Shown here: piece by piece, positions 10,242 to 19,397 of the stretch
Position numbering within the stretch: position 1 is the stretch's first letter
Layout: every line of letters begins with the position of its first letter
Source of the DNA: Hyphomicrobiales bacterium
GTDB lineage: Bacteria > Pseudomonadota > Alphaproteobacteria > JAPOUT01
Length of the DNA: 64,000 nt
Direction: 5' to 3'
Assembly (NCBI GenBank): GCA_026708545.1
Contig: JAPOUT010000109.1
Coordinates: 1,921-65,920, forward strand
Made by a program: the position numbers and the translations under genes
The notes under the pieces: model-generated
Databases searched by the model: none
What the model was told of the DNA's origin: nothing
What the model saw: the letters and a program-made list of their open reading frames with translations, nothing else

Positions 10242-11615
10242 ATGAGAAACACGGCAAAGCCCGAAGATGTAAAGCGGCTGGAGGCTTTTTTGCAGCAACA
10301 TCCCGAGGTCGCCCATGTTGATGCGGTTTTCTTTGATATCAACGGTGTGGCCAGGGGCAAGCGGGTGCCTCGTGAACATGCCGGCAAATTATATGCGGGC
10401 GGCTTGACCTTGCCGCGCTCCTTGTTTGTGCTGGATGTTCTCGGAGATGTAAGCAACGGCTTGGGCGTCGGTTTGAGGGATGGCGATCCGGACGGCATTG
10501 GCGTTCCGTTGCAGGGAGACGCGCTTCTTACGCCTTGGACAAGACAGCCGTGCGCGCAATTGTTGATGGACATGGTCGAACCGGACGGCAGTGCTGTTTG
10601 GTTTAATCCGCGTTACCAGTTGGGATTGGTCGTGGAGAAGTTTGCGTCGCTGGGATTGGTTCCGGTTTGCGCGGTGGAGCTGGAATTCTACCTGATCGAC
10701 CCGAAGCGGCGAGGCGAGGGGGGCGAGCCTCTGGCGCCGGTGTCGCCGCTTACGGAAGAGCGCGAACGTCATGCCCGTGTGTATGATTTGGAAGATTTGG
10801 AGTCGTATGGCGTTTTCTTCGAACGGTTGGATAAAATTGCATCGGCATTGTGCCTGCCGCTGAGTGCATCGAGCACGGAGTTTGCCCCGGGACAATTTGA
10901 AGTTAATTTGACGCACGGGAAGGATCCGCTGCTGGCGGGGGATCATGCCTGTTTGTTGCGCCAGGCGGTCGTTCAGACGGCGCGTTTGTGCGGGATGGAA
11001 GCAACTTTCTTGTCGAAGCCTTTTGCCAAAGAGACGGGCAACGGCATGCACATCCACTTGAGCATCCTGGATAACAACGGCAAAAACATTTTCCAATCGA
11101 AAGATGCGTATGGTACGTTTGCACTGCGCGAGGCAGTTCGCGGAATGCAAAAACTGATGGCGGAGTCGTTGGCCGTATTTGCGCCGCATATTAATGCGTA
11201 TCGCCGCCTCGGATCCGGAGGTTTTGCACCGTTCGTGCGCGACTGGTCATACAACAATCGATTAACGGCATTGCGCATTCCCGCGGGTAAGGAAGAAAGC
11301 AAACGCATCGAGCATCGCATGGCCGGAGCCGATGCGAATCCCTATTTGGTGTTGGCGTGCGTGCTGGCGGGGGCGTTGGAGGGTTTGGCGGACGGCATTG
11401 AGGCGGAATCTCCTCTCGAGGCAGGCACGCCGCATGCGCAGACATCGGATTTGCCGCCGAACCTGCCTGCGGCACTCGAGGTTTTCGAGAACGGCACGCG
11501 TTTGCGTGAGTATCTCCAACCGGAATATTTGGAATTGTATGCTTCCGTTAAACGCGGCGAATATGAACGCTTCATGGGAGAGGCTTTTGAGCGGGAGTTT
11601 TCCTGGTATCTGTAA
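10242..11615 (+). CDS. glutamine synthetase family protein (gamma-glutamyl-amine ligase type)
   Basis: GS catalytic-domain motifs (NGMHIHLS, ALRIPAG..R.E.R); start placed at MRNTAKP. Confidence 0.8.
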   Translation: MRNTAKPEDVKRLEAFLQQHPEVAHVDAVFFDINGVARGKRVPREHAGKLYAGGLTLPRSLFVLDVLGDVSNGLGVGLRDGDPDGIGVPLQGDALLTPWTRQPCAQLLMDMVEPDGSAVWFNPRYQLGLVVEKFASLGLVPVCAVELEFYLIDPKRRGEGGEPLAPVSPLTEERERHARVYDLEDLESYGVFFERLDKIASALCLPLSASSTEFAPGQFEVNLTHGKDPLLAGDHACLLRQAVVQTARLCGMEATFLSKPFAKETGNGMHIHLSILDNNGKNIFQSKDAYGTFALREAVRGMQKLMAESLAVFAPHINAYRRLGSGGFAPFVRDWSYNNRLTALRIPAGKEESKRIEHRMAGADANPYLVLACVLAGALEGLADGIEAESPLEAGTPHAQTSDLPPNLPAALEVFENGTRLREYLQPEYLELYASVKRGEYERFMGEAFEREFSWYL

Positions 11616-11618
11616 GCC

Positions 11619-12596
11619 CTACACGCCGTAGTATTCCCGATACCACTCCACAAAACGGGGGATTCCCTGCGCGATGGATGTCTTCGGTTGAAAGTTGAGG
11701 TCGCGCACGCTTTCCGAAATGTCCGCATAAGTTCGGGGCGCATCCCCGGGCTGAAGGGGAGCGAGGCGCTTGTCGGCGCCTTTGCCGAGCGCGCGCTCGA
11801 GTGTCGTAACAAGTGCGCGCAGCGATTCCATTTTGTGGTTGCCAAGATTGTAGACGCCGAGCTCCCCGTGCGGAGGCGCCGTTTGTGTCGCGGCGAGAAC
11901 GCCATCAACAATGTCATCGATGTAAGTGAAGTCCCGTTCCATATCACCGTAATTGAAGAGGGTGATGGGTTTATCTTCAAGAATGGATTTGGTGAATTGA
12001 AACAACGCCATGTCGGGGCGTCCCCATGGTCCGTATACGGTGAAGAATCGCAGGGCGGTTACCGGAATGCTGAAGAGATGGACGTAGGCCCGCGCGATGA
12101 TTTCGCCGGAGTGCTTGGATGCGGCATAGAGGGAGAGGGGTTTCTCGAGCGGATCCTTGACGCTGAAAGGAAGTCTGTCGTTGCCGCCGTATACGGAGGA
12201 CGACGATGCAAACACGAAATGCCTGAGTGTGTTGTTTTGCCGGATGCGCCTGGCGAGTTCGCAGATGACGACCTGTCCCTGCAGGTTGGAGCGTGCGTAG
12301 GAGAAGGGGTCGTCGAGGGAATGACGCACGCCGGCTTGTGCCGCCATGTGAATGATGGTGTGGATGTTGTGTTCTCCGGCTGCGAGTTCGTCAACGACGG
12401 TCTCGTCGGCGATGTCGCGTTTGAGGAAGGAGAAATTCTCATACGGCCGGAGAAGTTCAAGCCGTGCGTTTTTGAGTTCGGGGTCGTAGTATGCGTTGAG
12501 GTTGTCGATGCCGGTGACGCGCTCTCCGCGCTCGAGTAAAGCCTTTGAGATGTGGAAACCGATGAATCCGGCGGCGCCTGTTACGAGGATGGTCAT
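11619..12596 (-). CDS. NAD-dependent epimerase/dehydratase (UDP-glucuronate 4-epimerase-like)
   Basis: N-terminal TGAAGFIG Rossmann motif, YxxxK (YAASK) catalytic motif, GalE-family length. Confidence 0.8.
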   Translation of the reverse strand: MTILVTGAAGFIGFHISKALLERGERVTGIDNLNAYYDPELKNARLELLRPYENFSFLKRDIADETVVDELAAGEHNIHTIIHMAAQAGVRHSLDDPFSYARSNLQGQVVICELARRIRQNNTLRHFVFASSSSVYGGNDRLPFSVKDPLEKPLSLYAASKHSGEIIARAYVHLFSIPVTALRFFTVYGPWGRPDMALFQFTKSILEDKPITLFNYGDMERDFTYIDDIVDGVLAATQTAPPHGELGVYNLGNHKMESLRALVTTLERALGKGADKRLAPLQPGDAPRTYADISESVRDLNFQPKTSIAQGIPRFVEWYREYYGV

Positions 12597-12692
12597 TTCC
12601 CGCGAATGGTAAAACGCCGCGATATTTTTTGCAAAGATGTCGGTGTCGGGCTAGGATGGCGCGGAGGCGGGGAGATTGAAAAGGATGGAAAA

Positions 12693-15176
12693 ATGAAGAA
12701 ACTGCCGCCGTTATCCGTTGAGGAACTGCGCCCGAGCGCGAAGGTGGAAGACTTTTCCTTTACCAGCACGGACGAGTTGGAGCCTGTCGTCAATTTGATA
12801 GGGCAGGAGCGTGCCGTTCGCGCGATTGGATTCGGATCGCGTATCGAGCGGGAAGGCTTCAACATGTTTTTGTCGGGCCCGCAAGGCGCGGGGCGGCATT
12901 ATGCGGTGAGTTCTTTGCTGCGCGGGAAGGCGGCGCAGGAATCGCCGCCGGATGACTGGGTCTATGTGAATAATTTTGACGAACCGCACAAGCCCGTCGC
13001 ACTGCGGATGCCCGCGGGAACGGCGGTTCCGTTTCAAAACGCGATGGGTTCGCTGATGTCGGATTTGGTCGCGGTGTTTCCCGCGCTGCTTGAGGCGGAG
13101 GAATATCGTGCGCGTCGAGGCGAAATCGAAGAAGAGGCCGCCCGGCAGCAGGAAGCCGCGTTCGAGGATTTGAAAGAGCGCGCCGCGCGGGAGAACATCA
13201 CGATACTGCGCACGCCGATGGGATTCATGCTGACGCCCACGCGTGACGGGAAGGTTCTCAAGCCCGAAGATTTCGAAAAGTTGGAAGCCGAAGAGAAGAA
13301 AGCAATAGAATCGAAGATAAAGTCGTTGCAGGAGGACCTGGAGCGCGTGCTGGAGAAATTGCCGGAAATAGAAAAACACCGCCGTAACGGATTGCAAACT
13401 CTTCATGGCAATATAGCGGAAGCGGCCGTGGACAATCTGATGTCGCCGCTTTTGGAAAAGTTCGGGGAGATTGCGCCTGTTGTGCGCCATTTGGAGCGTG
13501 TGAAGGCGGATTTGATTGCGAACGCCGATGCGTTCTTTAAGCCGGAGGAGCAGGCTTCGAAAGGTAGCGCGCCCGCGGTATCCGTATCTGCCGTCGGCGC
13601 GGGAAGCGACCTCGGCTTTCGTCGCTATGGCGTGAATGTGATGGTGTGCGCGCGCGGCATTGACTGCGACGGGCACGACGGGGACGCATCGGGTGCGCCG
13701 CTGGTTGTGGAAGAATTGCCGTCTTTGGGCAATTTGGTCGGAAGAATAGAGCAGATAGCGCACATGGGCTCGCTGATAACGGACTTCATGCTGATAAAGC
13801 CCGGAGCGCTGCACCGGGCGAACGGAGGCTACCTTGTCGTTGACGCACACCGCGTGCTTGGCGAACCGCTGGCCTGGGAGGCGTTGAAGCGTTGTTTGGC
13901 GGGCAGACACATCAAGATAACCTCGCTGTCCGAACGTTACGGCATAGCCTCGACGGTGATGCTGGAGCCCGATCCGATACCGTTGCGTGTGAAGGTCGTG
14001 CTGGTCGGGGACAGGGCGCTTTATTATTTGTTGATGCGGCATGATCCGGATTTTCCCGAACTGTTCAAGGTCCAGGCGGATTTTGACGAGGAGATATCGC
14101 GCACGAAGGAGAATAACGCGCTGTATGCGCGCCTGATTGCGACGACGGTGAAACGGGAGAAATTACTGCCTCTGGGCGCGGATGCGGTCGCGCGCACGAT
14201 TGACGAGGCGGCGCGCATGGCGGATGACAACGAGAAATTGCTTTTGCGCGTCGGAATGTTATCCGACTTGCTGAGCGAAGCGAATTATTTTGCGCTTGAA
14301 TCCGGGCGCGAAAGGATAACGGCGGCGGACGTCGAAGAGGCATGCCGGCAGCGTTTTGACAGGGCTTCACGGATACGCGAGCGCTCGCACGAGCGGATTT
14401 TGCGCAACACGATGCTGATAGCGACCACGGGCGGGGAGGTCGGACAAATCAACGGGCTTTCGGTGGCCACGATCGGAGGATTCCGTTTCGGGCAGCCGGC
14501 CCGCATCACGGCGCAGGTTCGGATGGGCGCGGGCAAGGTCGTGGATATCGAGCGCGAGGTTCATCTGGGCGGGCCGATACATTCGAAGGGCGTGTTGATA
14601 CTCTCGAGTTTCCTGGCGGCGCATTACGCCCTTGATGTGCCGATGTCCTTGTGGGCAAGCTTGGTGTTTGAGCAATCGTACGGGCTGCTTGACGGCGACA
14701 GCGCGTCCTCGGCGGAGTTGTATGCGTTGTTGTCGGCCTTGTCCCGGGCGCCGATTTCACAATCTTTGGCGGTGACCGGCTCGGTCAACCAGAAGGGCGA
14801 GGTGCAGGCGATCGGCGGCGTGAACGAGAAGATCGAAGGCTTTTTTGACATATGCAAAGAGAGGGGACTGACCGGCGGGCAGGGCGTTTTGATCCCCCAA
14901 TCGAATGTGAAAAATCTAATGCTACGTCCCGATGTCGTTAAGGCGGCGGAGGATGGAGATTTCCGCATTTACGGCGTCTCGCACATTCACGAGGGAATTA
15001 CGCTGCTGACCGGCTTGCCCGCAGGCGAGCGCGGCGAAGACGGCAACTTCCCCGAGGGCAGCGTGAACGCAATGGTGGAAGAGCGGTTGCGTGAGTTTGC
15101 GCATGCGCGGCGGCGTTTTAGTTCGGGCGCAAAAGAAAAAAACGGCGAGTCCGAAGCGGAAGGAGGAGGTAAATGA
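12693..15176 (+). CDS. Lon-like protease, LonC-type (AAA+ module with degenerate Walker A/B, S16 Ser-Lys protease domain)
   Basis: Start chosen at ATG 12693 (MKKLPPL) after GGAGG RBS; Walker A position reads GPQGAGRH (Lys->Arg), Walker B region VVDAH lacks Glu; C-terminal 'DGDSASSA' and 'NEKIEGF' match Lon catalytic Ser/Lys. Confidence 0.75.
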   Translation: MKKLPPLSVEELRPSAKVEDFSFTSTDELEPVVNLIGQERAVRAIGFGSRIEREGFNMFLSGPQGAGRHYAVSSLLRGKAAQESPPDDWVYVNNFDEPHKPVALRMPAGTAVPFQNAMGSLMSDLVAVFPALLEAEEYRARRGEIEEEAARQQEAAFEDLKERAARENITILRTPMGFMLTPTRDGKVLKPEDFEKLEAEEKKAIESKIKSLQEDLERVLEKLPEIEKHRRNGLQTLHGNIAEAAVDNLMSPLLEKFGEIAPVVRHLERVKADLIANADAFFKPEEQASKGSAPAVSVSAVGAGSDLGFRRYGVNVMVCARGIDCDGHDGDASGAPLVVEELPSLGNLVGRIEQIAHMGSLITDFMLIKPGALHRANGGYLVVDAHRVLGEPLAWEALKRCLAGRHIKITSLSERYGIASTVMLEPDPIPLRVKVVLVGDRALYYLLMRHDPDFPELFKVQADFDEEISRTKENNALYARLIATTVKREKLLPLGADAVARTIDEAARMADDNEKLLLRVGMLSDLLSEANYFALESGRERITAADVEEACRQRFDRASRIRERSHERILRNTMLIATTGGEVGQINGLSVATIGGFRFGQPARITAQVRMGAGKVVDIEREVHLGGPIHSKGVLILSSFLAAHYALDVPMSLWASLVFEQSYGLLDGDSASSAELYALLSALSRAPISQSLAVTGSVNQKGEVQAIGGVNEKIEGFFDICKERGLTGGQGVLIPQSNVKNLMLRPDVVKAAEDGDFRIYGVSHIHEGITLLTGLPAGERGEDGNFPEGSVNAMVEERLREFAHARRRFSSGAKEKNGESEAEGGGK

Positions 15177-16063
15177 CAATGCCGCGGCGTCCGTTGATTC
15201 CGAAGCGGATAGTCGTTGCGTTGCGTTCGCATTCGGAGGCGGATACAGCCCTGAACGCCGCGACCGTATTGGCGCAGGCGCTGCGGGCGGAGTTGTTCGG
15301 TTTGTTCGTGGAGGAGGAGTCCGTGCTGCAGTCGTCGGATTTGCCGTTTGCGCGGGCGGTCGGAATGCGGCGCGGCGCGCAGGTTTCGCGCGAGAACATG
15401 CTGGCGGCGTTCGAGCAGGATGCCCTGGCGTGCCGGAGGCTGTTGTCGTCAAGCGCGGAGCGGGCGCGCGTATCGTGGCGCTTTGACCGGGTTCGAGGCG
15501 AAAGTTACGAAATATTCTTCGGCGAATCGAAAGAGCGGGACGCCGGGCGCGAAGACATATTGCTGTTGCAGGAGTCCTACGGCGGCGGAAGCGTGCACGG
15601 GATTATTGCGCGCGCGCGCGGAGCCGCGGAACGTTGCGGCGGAATGATATTGCTGGGCCCGTGGCGGCGGCGCCGGGTCGGACCGGTGGTTGCAATTGTT
15701 GAGAACATCGGTTCCGAGGGCGGCATGGATGCGGGCGATGCGGATGAGCGCATTCTGGATTTGGCCGTGCGGATTGCCCGCGAGCAGGGGAGTCGCCTGC
15801 TGGTATTTGTGGTCGGGGAGACGCGCGCCGAGACCGACGAGGCGTTGCGGCAGGCGCAAGCGGGCCTGCCGACGGGAGAATCACTGGAGGGTTACGCGTT
15901 TCTGGGTGACGCCGTCGGCGAGGTTTGCCACGGCTTGGCAGTCAGCGCACCCTCGTTCGTGCTGCTGGATGTCGAAGGCGTGCTGTTTCGCGACGACGCC
16001 CGCGCCGAAAGGCTGCTTCGCAGCGCCCGTTCGCCGGTGGCGCTGCTGAAATCGCGCGATTAG
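15173..16063 (+). CDS. hypothetical protein, tandem universal-stress-protein-like (USP) domains
   Basis: ATGA overlap with Lon-like gene; two ~140-aa halves each with USP-like alternating beta-alpha pattern (RIVVAL.. / PVVAIV..); no recognisable ATP-binding G-x2-G-x9-G(S/T). Confidence 0.45.
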   Translation: MTMPRRPLIPKRIVVALRSHSEADTALNAATVLAQALRAELFGLFVEEESVLQSSDLPFARAVGMRRGAQVSRENMLAAFEQDALACRRLLSSSAERARVSWRFDRVRGESYEIFFGESKERDAGREDILLLQESYGGGSVHGIIARARGAAERCGGMILLGPWRRRRVGPVVAIVENIGSEGGMDAGDADERILDLAVRIAREQGSRLLVFVVGETRAETDEALRQAQAGLPTGESLEGYAFLGDAVGEVCHGLAVSAPSFVLLDVEGVLFRDDARAERLLRSARSPVALLKSRD

Positions 16064-16659
16064 GCGAGATCCGCCGCCAGGGCTTGCCTTTGCTCGGCGG
16101 AGAGCACGATGCGGTAATTGTAGTGGGGATGTTCGATGACGATGTGCACTTCGCTTGCCGAGTCGCGCATGGCATCGATTTGCTTGGGCGTGAGCGGAAA
16201 GTGGAGAAAATGAACGGAAGAGGTTTTTCCTTCCTCGGTTGTCCGCTCGATCTCTTGTTCGGGCTGCGCAACGCTTTTTTCACCGGCGATTTCGATGGCG
16301 GTGTTTAGCTCGATGTCCCCGAGCTGCAGCAGCACGGCTTCGCGTAACGTCTTGGAATCGATCTCGAGCATCATGGTCGCGACAAGTTCGGAGCCGTTCG
16401 GGACGAGGGGGGCGTAAGCGCTGATCTCGTCCTCAAGCTGCTCGTCTCCGCCTTTTTCGATCCAGAGCATTTCCTGAATCTGGTAGAGCATGGTCTCGAA
16501 ATTCTCAAAGTGGAAAACGGCGTAGGGGCCGACGGCAATGCGGCGATGCCGTTTAAGATCGATGATGTCCTTGCGGCGCTGTTTTCGTTCCTTGTTGTAG
16601 CTGGCGTCGTCGAGGATTTTCTCGCGCAATTGTTTCGATGCTGTTGCTGTGTTTGTCAT
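16060..16659 (-). CDS. DUF3501 family protein
   Basis: Start trimmed to ATG 16659 (MTNTATASKQLREK...), 4-nt overlap with upstream Fe-S gene; Arg-rich N-terminal extension of the raw ORF rejected. Confidence 0.7.
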   Translation of the reverse strand: MTNTATASKQLREKILDDASYNKERKQRRKDIIDLKRHRRIAVGPYAVFHFENFETMLYQIQEMLWIEKGGDEQLEDEISAYAPLVPNGSELVATMMLEIDSKTLREAVLLQLGDIELNTAIEIAGEKSVAQPEQEIERTTEEGKTSSVHFLHFPLTPKQIDAMRDSASEVHIVIEHPHYNYRIVLSAEQRQALAADLA

Positions 16660-18029
16660 GCTGTTTTCCTGTTTTCCTGTTCGTTGCCGGGGATGTCGAT
16701 TCCGTATGCTTTTGCGAGCAGCGTGATGGGATAGGATGTCGTCGGCGTCTCCGCCTCGGAGATGTTTTCGAGTTGCTGTTCGAGATGCTTGGCTGCAAGG
16801 GGGCAGTCGGAGACAAGGTGCGCGGCCTGTGTTTTCTGGATGGCCCTGGCGGTCGGTTTTGCAATTTTTACGGCAACGTCGTGTGTTTCGGCGAGGAGTC
16901 CGAATGTTCCGCCGTGTCCGGAGCATCGCTCAATGACATTGATTTCGGCATCGGGGATGAGTTTGAGCATTTCGGCGGCTTTGGGCCCGACGTTTTGCGC
17001 ACGCGCGTGGCACGCCATGTGGACGGCAACGCCTCCGGGGATCGGGCGCAAACCGTCCGCGAGTCCCTCGTTGCGGGCAATGTCAACGACATATTCGTCA
17101 ATGTCGTGCGTGGCTTTGGCAAGAGTTGCAACGGTGCCGTCGTCGGGCAGCAGCAGCGGCCATTCGGATTTGAGCATGAGACCGCAACTGGCCGTTAGCG
17201 TGACGATGTCATAGCCGTCGTTGACCCACTTGACGAGTTCGGCGGAGACTTTTTTGGCTTGGTTTACGACTTCCTCGATGTTTCCGTGCTCGAGGTGCGG
17301 CATTGCGCAGCAACCGGGGTAGACGAGATGCGTCTCGACGCCCTGGAGTTCGAGGACTTGCCGGGCGGCCCTCGCGGCTTGCGTCTGGTAGTAATTGACA
17401 TAACAGGTCGCGAAGATGGCGACTTTTCTGCCCTGCGCTTTTGCATCGGCGGCGGTTTCGAATGCGCCGGCGTTATCGGCAACGGCGGAACGTCTTGCGA
17501 GAGCGGGAAGGGCCGCTCGCGCGTCTATGCCGGAGACGGCCTGGAGGAGTTTGCGGATGAATGTATGGCGCACGTTCGTGACCCAATTGACGAGGGGGGC
17601 AATCCATTGCATGAGTTTGGCATTGCGGTCGATTCGCGCGAGATGCCCGGACGGGAAAGGCGCCTTGCCGCCGTTGTCGCGGAGCTGCTTGGCGCGCGCG
17701 CGCAACATGAGATGCGGAAAGTCGATGTTGAAAGGGTGGGGAGGCACGTAGGGGCATTTTGTCATGAAACACATGTCGCAGAGCGTACAGGCGTCAACAA
17801 CGGGCCCGAAGCCTTCGCTGCCGACGCTGTCGAGTTCGCCGGTCGGCGCCTCGTCGATGAGGTCGAAGAGTCGCGGGAAAGAATCGCACAAGGAGAAACA
17901 GCGTCGGCATCCGTGGCAGACGTCAAAAACCCGGCGCAGTTCGGTATCAAGGGACTCGGTGTTGTAGAAATCGGCGCTCTGCCAGTCGAGGGGATGGCGT
18001 GTAGGCGCCTCAAGGCTTCCTTCTTTCAT
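16656..18029 (-). CDS. (Fe-S)-binding protein with CCG domains (heterodisulfide reductase/GlcF-related)
   Basis: Two ferredoxin-like Cys clusters (CHGCRRCFSLCDSFP; CTLCDMCFMTKCP) plus Cys-rich CCG-type C-terminal repeats. Confidence 0.75.
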   Translation of the reverse strand: MKEGSLEAPTRHPLDWQSADFYNTESLDTELRRVFDVCHGCRRCFSLCDSFPRLFDLIDEAPTGELDSVGSEGFGPVVDACTLCDMCFMTKCPYVPPHPFNIDFPHLMLRARAKQLRDNGGKAPFPSGHLARIDRNAKLMQWIAPLVNWVTNVRHTFIRKLLQAVSGIDARAALPALARRSAVADNAGAFETAADAKAQGRKVAIFATCYVNYYQTQAARAARQVLELQGVETHLVYPGCCAMPHLEHGNIEEVVNQAKKVSAELVKWVNDGYDIVTLTASCGLMLKSEWPLLLPDDGTVATLAKATHDIDEYVVDIARNEGLADGLRPIPGGVAVHMACHARAQNVGPKAAEMLKLIPDAEINVIERCSGHGGTFGLLAETHDVAVKIAKPTARAIQKTQAAHLVSDCPLAAKHLEQQLENISEAETPTTSYPITLLAKAYGIDIPGNEQENRKTA

Positions 18030-18053
18030 GGTCTTTTTACTTTACGGAGGTTG

Positions 18054-18081
18054 GAGGAGGGGCCGTGTGCGGCCCCTCCTC
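18054..18081 (-). terminator. perfect 12-bp stem / 4-nt loop hairpin between rubrerythrin stop and Fe-S gene start (attenuator or terminator without U-tract)
   Basis: GAGGAGGGGCCG-TGTG-CGGCCCCTCCTC read directly; no flanking T/U run on either strand. Confidence 0.4.
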
Positions 18082-18105
18082 GTAATATGCTCGTGATGTG
18101 CGCGC

Positions 18106-18525
18106 CTAAGCGTCGAGAGTGTCGAGGGCTTTTTGGAATCGTCCCGCGTGCGACTTCTCCGCCTTTGCGAGGGTCTCGAACCAATCGGCGATCTCGTCGA
18201 AACCTTCTTCGCGTGCCGTGCGGGCCATGCCGGGGTACATATCGGTGTACTCGTGGGTTTCGCCTTCGATGGCGGATTTAAGGTTGAGGTCGGTCGCGCC
18301 GATGGGCGTGCCGGTGACCGGATCGCCGACTTCCTCAAGGTATTCGAGATGCCCGTGGGCGTGCCCGGTTTCACCTTCGGCGGTGGAGCGGAACACGGCG
18401 GCGACGTCGTTGTAACCCTCAACATCCGCTTTTTGGGCGAAGTAGAGGTATCTGCGATTCGCCTGGCTCTCGCCGGCAAAGGCCTCTTTGAGGTTGTTGA
18501 GTGTTTTGGAATCTTTCAAAGACAT
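18106..18525 (-). CDS. rubrerythrin family protein
   Basis: 139 aa; ferritin-like ExxH motifs ([10 protein letters not shown]; EGETHEY) of the diiron site; no rubredoxin tail. Confidence 0.85.
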   Translation of the reverse strand: MSLKDSKTLNNLKEAFAGESQANRRYLYFAQKADVEGYNDVAAVFRSTAEGETGHAHGHLEYLEEVGDPVTGTPIGATDLNLKSAIEGETHEYTDMYPGMARTAREEGFDEIADWFETLAKAEKSHAGRFQKALDTLDA

Positions 18526-18553
18526 GATGTTACTCCTGGTTGGTTGCTGGTTT

Positions 18554-18568
18554 TTAGAATGGTTCTAA
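18554..18568. promoter_or_regulatory. perfect 6-3-6 palindrome TTAGAA-TGG-TTCTAA upstream of rubrerythrin; candidate Fur/PerR-family operator
   Basis: Located ~30 nt upstream of rubrerythrin start, between it and the Fur-family gene; resembles Fur/PerR-box AT-rich inverted-repeat architecture as I recall it. Confidence 0.4.
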
Positions 18569-18653
18569 ACAAAACTATCACGGGTGCAACGCCTGTCAAC
18601 AAAAAAATGAAAAAAATTCATTCAACGCGAATTTACGGCCCATTTGCAAAGGG

Positions 18654-19097
18654 TTACGAATCTTTTTCTTGCAGGTGAATAACGACGTTCACACGCGAAA
18701 TTTTCGAATCGGGGGGCGGTGCCGGAAGGGTTCCGATTCCCACTTCCCCTTGCGATATATCGACGAGTTCTCCGGTCTCTTCGTGGAAGAAATGATGGTG
18801 ATCGGAGAGATTCGTGTCGAAGTACGTCGCCTTGGAATCAATGACGACCTCGCGCAACAACCCGATTTCGACGAACTGGTGGAGCGTGTTGTAGATGGTT
18901 GCAAGCGACATGCGCATTTTGTGCTTGTCGGTTTCGCGCACGAGGTCCGCGGCGGTGATGTGGCGATTCTTTTGGTCTTCGAAGAGAAGTTTTGCGAGAA
19001 AGAGTCTCTGTCGGGTGAGCCGGAGCCCTCTTTCACGAATGAGCTCGGGAAGGCGCTCCCATGAGGATGCAGGTGCGGATGTGTTGTCTTTTTTCAT
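18654..19097 (-). CDS. Fur family transcriptional regulator (PerR/Irr-like)
   Basis: 147 aa; Fur-type DNA-binding helix (ATIYNTLHQFVEIGLL) and His-rich metal site (DHHHFFHEETGE). Confidence 0.8.
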   Translation of the reverse strand: MKKDNTSAPASSWERLPELIRERGLRLTRQRLFLAKLLFEDQKNRHITAADLVRETDKHKMRMSLATIYNTLHQFVEIGLLREVVIDSKATYFDTNLSDHHHFFHEETGELVDISQGEVGIGTLPAPPPDSKISRVNVVIHLQEKDS

Positions 19098-19300
19098 GAG
19101 TTTGACTCCTTTACCGTTGTCTCGGACCGGGCGCTAAGCCGGTAGAGCGTGGAGCAATACGGACAGACGATTTGATCATCGTCGCCCATATCAAGGAAGA
19201 TGTGTGGATGGTCGAAAGGCGGGGTCGCACCGATGCACTCGAATTCACGCGTATCGATCTGGATTTCCTCTTTACCACTGTCATTGGCAATTTTTAACAT
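19094..19300 (-). CDS. zinc-finger domain protein (zf-CHCC, NDUFS6-like)
   Basis: 68 aa after trimming to ATG 19300; 'HPHIFLDMG...CPYCSTLYRL' matches zf-CHCC pattern; 4-nt overlap with Fur-family gene. Confidence 0.6.
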   Translation of the reverse strand: MLKIANDSGKEEIQIDTREFECIGATPPFDHPHIFLDMGDDDQIVCPYCSTLYRLSARSETTVKESNS

Positions 19301-19397
19301 GGTGAGACCTCTCGAAACGACGCCCGATTGTATACCCGAAAATCGGAGAATGCAAGCATTATTGACGGGACGGTTTTGAAGCCTTAAGTTTTGTTTG

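Noticed and set aside
12693-15176. Considered BREX BrxL for the Lon-like protein
   Set aside because: No pglX methyltransferase, pglZ phosphatase, brxA/B/C or other BREX components in the neighbourhood. The degenerate Walker motifs fit LonC-like proteases better.
18607-18678. 23-codon ORF (MKKIHSTRIYGPFAKGYESFSCR) in the fur-rubrerythrin intergenic region
   Set aside because: No Shine-Dalgarno upstream, and it overlaps the likely promoter/operator of rubrerythrin, so it was treated as non-coding.
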